From Blasia pusilla (taxonomy: Eukaryota): a DNA stretch of 64,000 bases. The DNA is taken from NCBI GenBank assembly GCA_050084515.1, contig CM114271.1:46748001-46812000 (forward strand), read 5' to 3'. A program made the translations under genes and the position numbers. Shown one piece after another: positions 1-11,900 of this stretch (its first letter is position 1; every line of letters begins with the position of its first letter). The notes below the pieces were generated by a model that was given only the letters and a program-made list of their open reading frames with translations, did no database searches and had not been told where the DNA came from.

Positions 1-789
1 AGGAAACACACTTTCCTTAAGCGACATGAGGCTAGTAAGCCCTAAACCTACTTACACAAGTATTAGGGAAAGTGTTTCAACAAACGTCCTAAACTGGGTT
101 CGGAAATTATGGGAAAGCATTCCAATACGACTTCAATACCACGGTCCTGGTACTGGATTGAATTTGAGCTTATGGAAATACCTCTTAAATTGAACCTTCT
201 TCTCATCTGAATTCAATCCTATGTTTGCCAAGAATCAGCATTCTTTGTAAACGTAGCCGGTTGAGATCGTGTGATTTTCACATGAAATCTGAAACTTTAG
301 TAAAATTTTCGATGTGAAAATTGGTTTTTCTTTGTTAAATAAAAAAGAACCGGTTAGAATGATGAAATTTTTTCTTGTCTTGAAAGATCTCTCGGAAAAA
401 GATCCGGTGTGCCTAAAAGTCATGTTTGAGCACTAATTCAATCCATGCTATTACTTATGTTAAAAGAAAGTAAAATATTATTGAGATCATTTATCTTTTT
501 CAAATATTAAATGAGCTCCACCTAATCTCTCAGTAAAATTTATTTTTACTAATAAATTTATTATTATTCAAAAATAGACTTGGAAAATTTTACACATGAG
601 AATTTTAAGAGTTAAGCTTTTTAAGGGTTAGGAGAATTTTAATGCCAACATGGAAAAGTGAATGTATAGCCGCGGGAGTTAAGACCTTAACATTCCTTTG
701 AAGCGAATTCCAAGCAAGAAATGGAAATTAATAAATACACTGTGTATGGTAAGGATCCATTTCAGCCAACAAAATTAAAGATAATATAT

Positions 790-1500
790 TTTCTATATCT
801 ATATTATTATTGGAGAGTGCCTTCTTGATTTGCAGACATCTCTTTGCTTGACATGTGACAACCGGGCAGCAAGAAAAGATTTCCTCCTCTACAATCAACA
901 AGAAAAATATTTTGTGTCCAATATGATTAGTCCCTTCACTCTTGTGCATGGCACGGGTTGCCCACTACCTTAACAGAAGTTGGGTTACGAGAAGTTCCGC
1001 TCTTGTTATTGATACATGTGTTTTAGAGCTCTTCTTCTATCAACTAGTGTGCAGACCTTTCCCACCCATTCGTTAAGGCACCTTTCAATAAAGTACCTGT
1101 AACATGTGAAATATTTTCTTGCTGCCCAATTGCCACATGTCAAACATAGAAGAGTTTCCAAATCAAGAAGGCACTCTCATGATAATATAGATCTTAAAAA
1201 TAAAAAAATCAATTTTAATGTTTTATGCTCAATTGTAGTGTTTGTTGTATTAGAAGAGGTTCCGATGTTATAACACAACCACCACGAATAGTTACTAGTA
1301 AGGCATTTGGGAAATATTTTTTTTAAGAGCTAACTCATAATCTGTCAAGGGAAGAGATTAATAATATTATATATAAATTTAATTTTCTTTTCTTGCTATA
1401 GCATGTGAAATAATTTTTTATTGCCCAATAACCCTATGCCAAAAAAGAAGAGTTTATAAATAAAAAAGACACTATCTCATATTAACATAGATTTAAAAAT
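790..1500. repeat. Cluster of ~100-bp dispersed repeat copies (MITE-like): ~790-895 (-), ~1100-1197 (+), ~1402-1500 (+, more decayed)
   Basis: Core gaaatattttcttgctgcccaattgccacatgtcaaac...aaatcaagaaggcactctc occurs in both orientations; a further copy lies at ~50440-50524. Confidence 0.6.
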
Positions 1501-2112
1501 ATAATTATTATATTTGGAGAAAAAAAATCTAAATCTTTTTCCCGTCACTAATGTTGCATAACACTGGCAATATGAATAATCGGAAAATTGGAAGATTACT
1601 ACACGCCTTTCCCGACAACAATTGCACGGAGATGACGCGTCGCAGGGAACATGCAGACGTGGATGCCCTAATATCGTGGAGGCTCTAGATGTGGAAGTTT
1701 CTCCAGGTCACTAGTACGGTAGGACTACGTGGTCATTGGGCCCTTACCACAGTCATCGCAGCCATCATTCCATCTGCAGTTGACGGACGGAGAGGAAACC
1801 GTTGGACCGGGCGACCGCACAGAGTGACAGAGTTGCTCGATCGAGAAGAAACAGCCGCCGACACTGGGGGAGCGAAATCAGCAACATTGATGGGGAGTTA
1901 TTGTCGTTCCTCGCGGCGTTTATGGTTTTCCTGACTCCCTTAAATGTGTTCAGATCATCGTCATGTCAGACCGTGTTCTTCTGCTCCTCCTCGTGCTCGT
2001 GCCAACGGTGAAGGGATTTCCGCAGCCGCGCGAAAGCCTAGGGTCCTAGGGAGTAGGGACCAACTGTTGAGCATCGAATCCGCTAAAAGAAGGGGAATGC
2101 CCCCTTCTTCCT

Positions 2113-2266
2113 TTTCTGGTCGTGTTGTGGCCTTCAGGTTTTGACTCTTTGTGTCCCCCTCTTTTGTACTTCCGATGGGTTTTCCATCATTTCTGGTCGT
2201 GTTGTGGCCTTCAGGTTTTGACTCTTTGAGTCCCCCTCTTTTGTACTTCCGATGGGTTTTCCATCA
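2113..2266. repeat. 77-bp tandem duplication (2 copies) upstream of the AFG1-like gene
   Basis: tttctggtcgtgttgtggcc...gggttttccatca occurs at 2113 and 2190 with a single visible mismatch. Confidence 0.9.
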
Positions 2267-2589
2267 CTCGTTTTTATCGAAGTGCATCTTTGTTTTTTTT
2301 TCCGGGTGTCCTGGACTTCTGGATCGAGGTTCTGTGGAGTCCGGACTCAGTGTGGGGAGTTGCTTCGTGTGCATGGTGTGCTGAAGCTTCTGCTTCTGCT
2401 CCTGGCCTGGGAGCGCGGAGAGGAAGGTGTTCAAGGTTGTGATCTGCGGGGGTTGTGAGCGAAGAGGGGATGCGGAATCTTTATTGCAGGAGAAAACTCG
2501 TTGAGCGGTGGCCGCAGATTTAATGTGTGTTGGGGATTGTGAGGGATACATACGACAGGTCGCTGTGGAGGGAATGAGGGCCGTGCATC

Positions 2590-5500
2590 ATGGTGCTGTG
2601 GCGACGTTTCTATCCTGCCCTTTTCCAGCAGGTTGTGAGTCTTCCTGTCATTGCAGTTCCTGCTGTTCACTTGCCAACGATTTTGCCCCAATGCTTCTTC
2701 CCCAGAGGGTTTCATGTCGCGGCTCGCTTGGAAGGAATTCAGGAGGGGACGTTGCCATTGGATGCCTACAATGATCTTGTGAAAGCTGGGGTCATCAAAC
2801 ACGATCAGGGACAGCTAGCAGCTTTACAGCCGTTGGAGCGATTACACGAAGAGCTCGAAAGTTACGAACCCCCTTTACATGGACTTGTTTCGAAGATTGC
2901 CTCGATCGTCAGTCTCAAGCCGAGGAGGCAGACACCAAGAGGGTATGTGATCACTTTTTCTGATCTCGAGGATCTCCAATAATTCGACGAGCAGCACAAT
3001 TTTGGGGGGGCCTTTTGTCTATTGACACGGCTTGCAAATTCGATAAAAACCATCCACAGCTCATAAAATTCTACAAATCCTCACGAAATTTTCTCAGAGA
3101 AGATGCTTGAAAAAGGAAGACATGGGCATCCAACAGGCTTTAACGCTACCATCTATCGTACTGAAGTGACCCTTTAACTTCAAATTTGGTAGTTAAGTCC
3201 TCTCGGCTCTGTTCCAATTGCGTTGCAGGGTTTACATCTATGGAGGGGTGGGTACAGGAAAAACTTTGGTAACAGACATTTTCTACCATTGCAGTCCAGT
3301 GAAGAGCAAACAACGCGTATATTTCCATCAATTCATGCTCGATGTACAGAAAAGGTCGGTGCTTCTGGCAAGTAGGATTGGTCCATGCTAGCTTCCAATC
3401 TGAATAACATAAATTCTCGCTGGTAGTATTCATCAAAAGAATGGAAGAAAAAGAAACTCATGTAGTGAGAATACTTGGTAATTGAACTTGGGTACCCATA
3501 TTCAGATTGAGGTGGTGAGAGTATTCTTGGGAATTGTCAAGAATTCTCTTACCCTAATACTTGGGCCCAAGTTAAAAAAAAGTCTGCCAACTTGTTTTGA
3601 GGCAGTTAAAACATACTTGAGAATTCTTGTTGGTTTAACTGTTTGTTATCTCTTGAACAGTGAAAAGTCAAGCTAGAATTCAGTCAGGAAAGTGAACGCT
3701 TCACACTACCTCCTGAAATGTCTAGTTTCTGATCTCAGGATGTTACTAAAAATGTGATGTCTGCCACCTTGATCTGAACACGGGTAAAACCTTGATCTGA
3801 ACATGGGTACTAGCTCAATATGGTGTAAACTAGTATCTTTTGTGAAATGGTTACTATAACCAACTTGGTAACTTATTTCACATTCATAACAATAAATCCT
3901 GGTCTGTGAGAACGTATTCAAGATATGCAGTGAAGCAGTCGCCTGGTTCATGGAGCTCGTAAACAATTTTTTTCATGCAGTGTCAATATGCTGGGCAGGG
4001 TGGATTGATGATGTGGAGTGGATATTTGCGGGACCCTATAGGTTGCATGAAGGAAAGATGAAAAGTGATAAGGGCAACAAGGGTGATGTGATGGAAGCTG
4101 TTGCCCACGACTTGTTGAGAAAAGGCTGGTTGCTCTGCTTTGATGAGTTACAAGTAAGTGAGTGCACCCACGGTTTTCAAAGGGGTGGAGTGAATCTAAT
4201 GTTTATTCTTTTAATTGAGTTGTCAGCCAAACTTTCTTGTGTCCCTCCACTGTCTTCATAGGTGTGCAATGTCTTGAAATATGGGTCTCAGAACTAGCAT
4301 ATGGAAATCTTGTGGTAGAGCTGAGTACGCGATGCTGTCGGCGTCTTCTTTTTAGCATAACTGTCGTTTTGGATGGCCTTTTAGCTATGAATCCTAGGAG
4401 AGGATCTTTTGACCTGAAGTAAATTGCTGTTTGTGGCAAGTAATCGTCCAGTCACTGTAGCAATGTCCTCAAAGAAACATCTTAAAATTGTGGGTTTTGC
4501 TGATCTAATCCCTTTATTGAAGGTTCTGGACATAGCTGATGCCATGATATTGAAAAATTTGCTGGAGAGCCTTTTTTAAAGCTGGAGCTGTTTTGGTTGC
4601 TTCATCAAACCGTGCTCCAACTGAGGCAGGTTTCTATGTTCTTATTTTGATGTAAAGATGGAACATTGCCCCCGAGAGGAACTTTGAACTTACGTGCTAG
4701 TTAGAAGAAAAATCAGATGCGAACAGTCTTATGTCTGACTAAGGTTGTGTTGGTGGTGCTCATGGTACGGGTGCCTGGCAAAGAACTGCGAGGAATAGGA
4801 TGATGTCCATTTTTGAGACCTTGCAAGTAGTTGACTTGCAGGATATTCCGCGAGATTGACCTCAAATTCTATACCTGCCCATCTATGTTATCAACAGGCG
4901 TATATACTACTATTTATAGCTTTTCATTTCTTTTGGTTATAAAATCTACCTCTTCTTCTTGACCCCAGACCGAGTTTTTAGATGTCTTTAAGCAGCTGCT
5001 TCGAGAATCCTTTTCACCATTTACGCTGCATCACAGAAACTCAGGCCTGAGTGTCTTCTAGTTTAGCTAGCAGCCTTCTGTTTGTAAACTTGTGAGCCCA
5101 GTTGAAAATAATTGGACCGAGATTGACGGACGGTTTTTTGCACTCGTGCAGCTTTATAAGAATGGATTGAATAGGGAGCTTTTTCTTCCATGCGTTGAAT
5201 TGATAAAGGAGCATTGCCATGTGCATCCTTTTCGGCCAGACGCCCCAGATTATCGCCTCATTGGTGTGAGTCCTAATGAAGCTGGGTACTGTCTCGTCAC
5301 CCTTGCTAGGGCAGTTTTAGAACCAGAATTTTTCTTTCTGCTTCTCTTCAAATGAGGACACAAGTTTCTCCACAACTGAAGAACTGTGAATCTAGAACAA
5401 TTCATGAAGACGCAAGCATAATGACATTCTTCCTTCATGTGACTAATTCAGATAAGACACTTAGAAGATACTGCTCTAGGTTGCTACTCAGATGCATCCC

Positions 5501-8500
5501 TTCAATTTTCTTACTGTATGGATGAACTAATGTTTGTGTAAGCGTTCTTGTGCGTGAACTTGGCCAGATGGATAACTACTGACCAAGGCCGCACTAAAGA
5601 AATGGAGAGGACGAGCCTTCAGACCTCGAATATACATTCGTAATATGCTACCCTAGACTGCCCTGGAAAGAAAGAACAAACCCCTTTTAATAAGTCAGGT
5701 TCGAGTCTTATTGGTGAAAGAACAGCGTCGGTGGTCATTGGATGTCAATTTTCATTTTCCTTTTGACTCTGGTGAGTGCTACATTGTGCAGTATGTATGT
5801 ATGTAAATTGGTCCAGCTTTGTTATGCCACTGAGTTTCTCCAGCAGAAATAAAGATGCTTTATGGAAAAGAATTCTTGCCCGTTCATCTCATGCTATCTT
5901 TGTCGAAAATCTGCACTAAACTCTTGATTCTAGTAGAGAGATCTGATTTGCTCTATGGTTTGCAGTGCGTTGTCTACTGTTTGGTACATGCCTCTCAATA
6001 AGGAAACAACACATAAACTTGAGCAATCATTTGCCGAGCTTGCAGGAAACAGGCCGGTAGGACCTACTGTTATTAAGGAGGGCACACGCACCATTATTGG
6101 TTAGATTCCTTCTTTCTAGTTCTCAACCTCTCTCCAGTCAGTGTTTTTCAGAATTCTCCATTTTGCTTCCATAGCTTGCGCGCAATGTTTTATAGTAGCT
6201 TTACTGAACTTCTCAAACTTCTTGAACACGGATGGAACTTATAGGAAACAGTTTCTTTCTTCTTTTCACTACACACGGTTGCTTAGTGAACAGAGGAGTA
6301 AATACTAACAAGGTCTGGTTCCTTTTCACAGTGCCAAGGGCAGCGGGTGGAATTGCGATTTTCACTTTTGAGGAGCTCTGTGGCACGCCGAAAGACGCTG
6401 CAGAATACGTAGTAATTGCGGCATCATTTCACACTGTGTTCATTTCTGGCATTCCGCGGATGACACGGGCCCACGGTGAACTGGTACATATTTGTCACCT
6501 GTACGTAAAAATGCACGAAACCATGAGGAAAGTCAATCATGATGATGATCAAGAGCGAAATCAAAAAAGGGTCACGTCTACACTCTATGAAGAGGCAGCA
6601 AGGGTTGCGTTTGCAGATCGGAGATTATGTGAATCTTGTGGTGCGGCAGAAATTTAAGCTAGCAGATTCCGAGGTGAAAACAACTAGTATTTTCAACTGA
6701 TGGGGTCCATTTTGGTGTAAAATGTGCAGGCCCGACAGTTCGTTACTTTGGTCGACGTTCTCTATTTGCAGGTGAACATCTGCCACAACTCAGGGCTACC
6801 CGATAGCAGTGAAAGTTACTAATGTGTGAAATCTGTGCCATATTCATGAAAGTCTATCACTCTTCGTGCTGACCTGCTGACTCGAAGAAAGGTGATTTTT
6901 TCCCAGGAAGTTCATGTTTGTGAGCTAGGGCATGTCCAGAAATATACTTTGTTCCGAATGATGCCAGGCGTTTGTAATACTTCCGAGTCTTACTGCTAAC
7001 TGAGACAGGAAGCTCTGTTAAAGACTGCCACTCACAGTAGTGATAGTCGTAAAGACCCTGTAGGAGTGATGGGTTTGCGTCCTTTATTCTGGAATGTAAA
7101 CTGGTCAAGTCATGAAATCAGAACTTCGTTTCTGCTTCAGCTACTTTTGTGATATGTGATCATGAATCTTGTTCTTGACAGAGGGTGAAGCTGATAGTCA
7201 GTGCCGATGCAGATCCCGGTAGCGTGTACCGGCCCAGGTACGCTTCACAGTGAAAACATTCGTATCTTATTCCTCAAAGCTTGCTAGATCATGGTTGGTT
7301 GCACGTACTGAAAGTGTTAGTTTGATTTTCGTTCGGAAGTCAGTTTACCAGCGAAGAAGAATACATTGGGAAGCATTTTGAGCGAAGAATGGTAGCCGCT
7401 GAGTCGACCTATGTATGTGTGGTACACTGGAAATTTGTCTAGGGAAGTAATTCCGAGAATGTCGCTGCTACAGACACGAAGAAGAACAAGTTGGACCTCT
7501 TGGCAGTGAGAGCGGAAAGCCATTGGCGAGTTCTTCATCGTACGTCGAGAGTGATGAAGAGCTTGCGTTTGCAAGGACTGTCTCTCGTCTACACCATATG
7601 CAGTCTGCAGAGTACTTGTCAGCCCCTTGGGTTCCACCAGGAAAGGCGCTTTTGGTCGATTTGTTTAGTATTAAGCTCCGCGAAGGCGATTTGCGCAGGT
7701 ACATCCGCAGCAAATCAATGGAAAGCTTCTTGCATCGTTTTTGTAGAGATGAAATGAAGACATGTCACTTGAGAACCGGTCCTGCCTCACTTGAGCTGTT
7801 TCCTCGAGCACACTCGAAATTATCATCTGTCTGCAGTACAGTCTCATTGCAGAGCTGCCTCTATTCAGAGATCAGCTAGCTGTCCTGACCATTCAATTCG
7901 CGCAGTGGGTTCATTTTCCTTACGCCTGTGACTAGGTTCTCCCATTTTGTCTGAATTGTACCACAAATAGTTGTAACTTCACGTAATTGAATTGATCGGT
8001 CTATGACACCCTGATCCTCCGGGAAGTTTAACGGGTTTCGCACTTGGAATGAGGATCTTATTTTATTGGTCAAACGACTCCGCAAACATTGAATGGTCGA
8101 TGTTGTATCTGGGTACCATGTGAGTAGAGCGTGTAGGCTAAATATGCCGTGTGTGTTAATGCCGTGAGGATTCACTGGGCGGATGTGCGTCTACTCAGGT
8201 GATGGAGTCTCCTCATCACTAACTGCGACAACCTGTTTCCTTCATTCAGGATATGGGACCGGTACAACACGGACCAGGATTCTACGCTGAGTCGCGAAGA
8301 ACTGCGGCTCATGATGGAGGACCTCACAGAGATGAAGTCAGGTCATCGAAACGTGTTCCCGGTGAGTTGCGTTGGACAGTTTTCCATCCAGTAGTGAGCA
8401 TGAGAAGTGATATATCATACAAGGGCTTAATCAACGGAGCTTATCTCCAGTTGAAGAACACTCATAAGATCCTTTAGGGTGAAAATTAGTGAACGACGCC

Positions 8501-8957
8501 GCCCAATGCAAGGACAGTTCCTGATACGATAGTCGAAAGCAACGGGGAGACGCATATGCGCCTGTTTGGTCAGTGTTTGATGGATTGTTCTCGGGGCAAT
8601 TGTAGGTTTGGACTGAGGGTAGGTTCGAATATTTTTGTGTAGATATTGTCATGGATCCCGCCACCTACCGTTACTCGATAGGAGAAGGTTTTGGGAGCGA
8701 ACGGAAAGAGTCAAAGAGGCGGGTATAAGAAACCAAGCGGGCAAATGGCTAAAAATCTCAGCTTGATGTGCGTGGTGCAGGAGCTGGTCGACGACATGTA
8801 CCAGAAGCTGGACGCTAATCACGACGGCCTCGTTGTGTGGGAGGAGTTTAGATTATGGGCTTCAGCGGCAGTAGGCGAATACTTGAGAGGAGATCGTAGC
8901 CTGCGCAGTGTAGATGCCAGTGACCGTTTTTTTTGTTCAAGCCGTACTTTGACATAA
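2590..8957 (+). CDS. AFG1: AFG1/LACE1/ZapE-family ATPase with a putative N-terminal targeting peptide and a C-terminal EF-hand pair; 12 inferred exons; one +1 frameshift in exon 4 as assembled
   Basis: Manually spliced exons: 2590-2942, 3229-3354, 4042-4153, 4523-4625, 5152-5285, 5966-6099, 6332-6483, 6730-6771, 7182-7237, 7474-7698, 8250-8361, 8781-8957. Motifs: Walker A GVYIYGGVGTGKT, RVYFHQFML, Walker B LLCFDELQVLDIADAMIL, SNRAPTELYKNGLNRELFLP, FTFEELCG, ARQFVTLVDVLY, EELAFARTVSRLHHMQSAEY. These match the AFG1 family as I know it, and splice phases are consistent. Confidence 0.88.
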
Positions 8958-11900
8958 GAGAGTGACATTTGTGACGATTGCGCCTGGTCTTTGGTGACTC
9001 CTCACTGTTAGCTGCAGTTCTAAGTACCTTGCCGTGCCTGTGGCGTCGCGATCTGGAATTTTGCCTCACACCAGCATGCGTTTGACGAACTCAAATCAAT
9101 ACCTGTTCCTAGCTCGACTTCTCTGTCCATATGCTCTCAACAAGTCTCCTGTGGATGGACCGCAGCCCGGGCTGGCTGCGTGTAAGTAGTGAGTGGTACG
9201 CGGGTTGGAAATAGTCAAGTTTCCACCGGTGGACCATACGTATTTCCCGCCATGTCCCCTTCCCAGAAGCTCAGCCAAGACCCGATGGGTATCTATATTA
9301 CCACAGGGAACACACGCTGCGCTGTAACATTCGCGGTACAGATCAAGCTTTCTTGACCCTCGCAACCTAGAATGTAAGCAAGAACGGATCCACACTGCCA
9401 TCCATCCCAGGGTAGCCCAACCACAAGCGCAATGTCACAGGCGGATCATAGCTGCTGTTTGTGAATCTCTTCGGCTCAGCGGATCGAGGGCTGCAGGGAG
9501 AAGATTTTGTGACCCACTCATGAATGTGTGGACTCACGTGGAAAGGAAAACATCTAGTCTAGAGCGAAGTCGAATAATTGTGAGGCCGAGACAATTGACG
9601 GTCCGATGAGAGTCCAAATGACGTGGTCTATGCGACCCACGATCCGGAGGGGTCGCGACGTTGCCCGAGTGAGTGACAGATGACGAGAGTCCGGAAAGAG
9701 AGGACCGATTACAGGGGTGGGCCCGTCGGCCGTGTTTCTTGAGTCGAGAAGGGGAACAGGATGCATACCACAGGGAATAATGCCCCACACAGCGCGCGCA
9801 AGGAGACATCGGAGTGATTGCGAATGATGCAACGGCAAGCATCGTTCTGGGAGACAAATTATCGACATGCGCGAAGCTATGAGTTCGAAACGAGAGCGAG
9901 AGCGCAGATGCCTTGGAGACCTTGATCTTGCTTTCGCTGCTCCTCGCTGGCGGACTGCCTGATGGGCGGGTGGGGCCCGAGAAACGCCTGGGATCATTTG
10001 CAACTTTGCGTTCTTTCTATAGCACGATTTTGTGCTCCGCGTGCGCTGGGCCCCTACTAGACCATCAGAACACAAAGCAATGCGAAAATAGTGCGCAAGA
10101 ATGAGCGATCGTTCGTGAGGGCGTGGGACGTTTGTTTTCCTCTGCTCCTCCTCTCCCCCGGGCATCCTGTCCCGAGCACTCCCTCCCGTCCCGGGCTCGG
10201 TTGTCCGTCCGTCCGCTCTCACCAGCCCGGTCGGTCTCTGCCTCGAGACCGGTCATCGTGGCACGAATGGTATCGCTCACTGATTTTCTTTAGGTCTCCT
10301 AATGCACACCCGTTTTCCCACGACTGGAATGTAGTACAGTACCTTCGCCTGGCCTCGGGTTGTCTGTCCGTCCTCTGATGAACTGCCATCTCCTGCGTCG
10401 CTCCCGACGCACGACAGGACTCAAGAACCTGAGCTGAGCCTGTCCCTTAACCCGGCCGCCAAGCTCAAGGCTCAAGGACGATTCTCAAGGCCGCCCCCCC
10501 GACTCCGGCACCGGTAGATTAGATTGCACCGACTGCCCCGCGGGATTAGATTAGATTAGATTACAGGTATATTATATTAGACGAGCGTAGATTACGGCAG
10601 GCAGGCAAAGATAGATGGGCCCCTAGGGGATCGATGCGCAGACCGTGGCAGACACGGTCGATAGCTAGCTCCCCGGTTCGGTTCGTTCGGCTCTGCTGGC
10701 CTGGTTGCCTGCCGGACCTGGCCGGTTGCGTGGGCCCATGCTCGCTCAGAGTTTCAGGTCTGTCAGCTCAATGCATGCTTGATCTCGTTCGTGCTTTTCA
10801 GCTGCGGTCATGTGCTTTGGGTCCCACCCTGCACGCTCGATCTCTTCACTGAATCGTCGCCGTCAACCGCTTTCCCATCCAGCTCCAATCCTTCAGACTC
10901 TCCGTTCGCTGCTAGGCTACTTTGGGGTACCACCCAACTACCCAACCGCGACTTTCCTTTCTCATTCGGCGTTAGCATGCCTCGCCTGACTCTCCAACAA
11001 ACAGCAGCCATTTATGACGCTTCTACTTTGTCCGCTTGCTCCTCCTCCTCCTCCTCCATGATCGGCGACCCCCCCATGCTCGCGAGATGCACACATCGTG
11101 GTGAGCCTAAGGAAGAGACAGCACCAGGTCGGGGCAGGCTCCGGAATTGTTCCGAAGGATTCCTCATTCTTTCTTCGAAACTGAGTGCCTCCGCTCCTTT
11201 AATGTCGCACTCCTTTTTCTTCCTTCGATTGCGGTCGCTCCTGAGGCTGATGCTCGTCGAAAGCACGCCGTACTCGTCCCTGCCTGCCTGCCTGCCTCCC
11301 CTCCTCCTCCCCTACTCCCCTACTCCTACTCGTCACCGAGTGCCTTCCATTTCTGCCACCATCCCTGGATCATACGACCCACACTCTTCTCGTTTTTGCA
11401 TCGCACGGCCGCTCGGACAACCAAAGCTAAGTCCATGGTCAGCCCGAAACCCTTTTCGACCTCGACCCTTACTCCCTTACGTCAATACACGGTTCATTCC
11501 CTCAGCTCAGTTTCAGCGGCCAGCTAGCCAGCCAGTCCTCGAAAAGTCATGTAGAACATGCACTCTTGTGCATGGCCGCAATGGAATGTGCATCAAAGCA
11601 TGAACTACAGTGTATTCCATTCAGAGATCCCGAGCACAACAACGCCATGACGAGGGCTACAGTCCAGAATTGATATGGATCCCACCGACTTTACAGTTGT
11701 CCTGCACAGGACTTCAGATACTACTCTAAATGCGCCGGGTGCTACACCAGCCATCATTCGTTCTCAAAGGCTATGCATTGCACGCAGATTATGTAGTACC
11801 TGAAGTCTTATACTTCGATTATTTCCGTCCGAAACCGTCCAATTCGCTCGTCATTGACGAGACCCTCGCGGTGTATGCAATCAGGGAGGCACCCGTTGGA

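Noticed and set aside
9534-11603. Long GC-rich ORFs (9554-10222 minus, 10779-11603 plus)
   Set aside because: Low-complexity S/P/R-rich translations with no recognisable domain or convincing exon chain; the region looks like promoter/UTR-type sequence. A gene here cannot be excluded.
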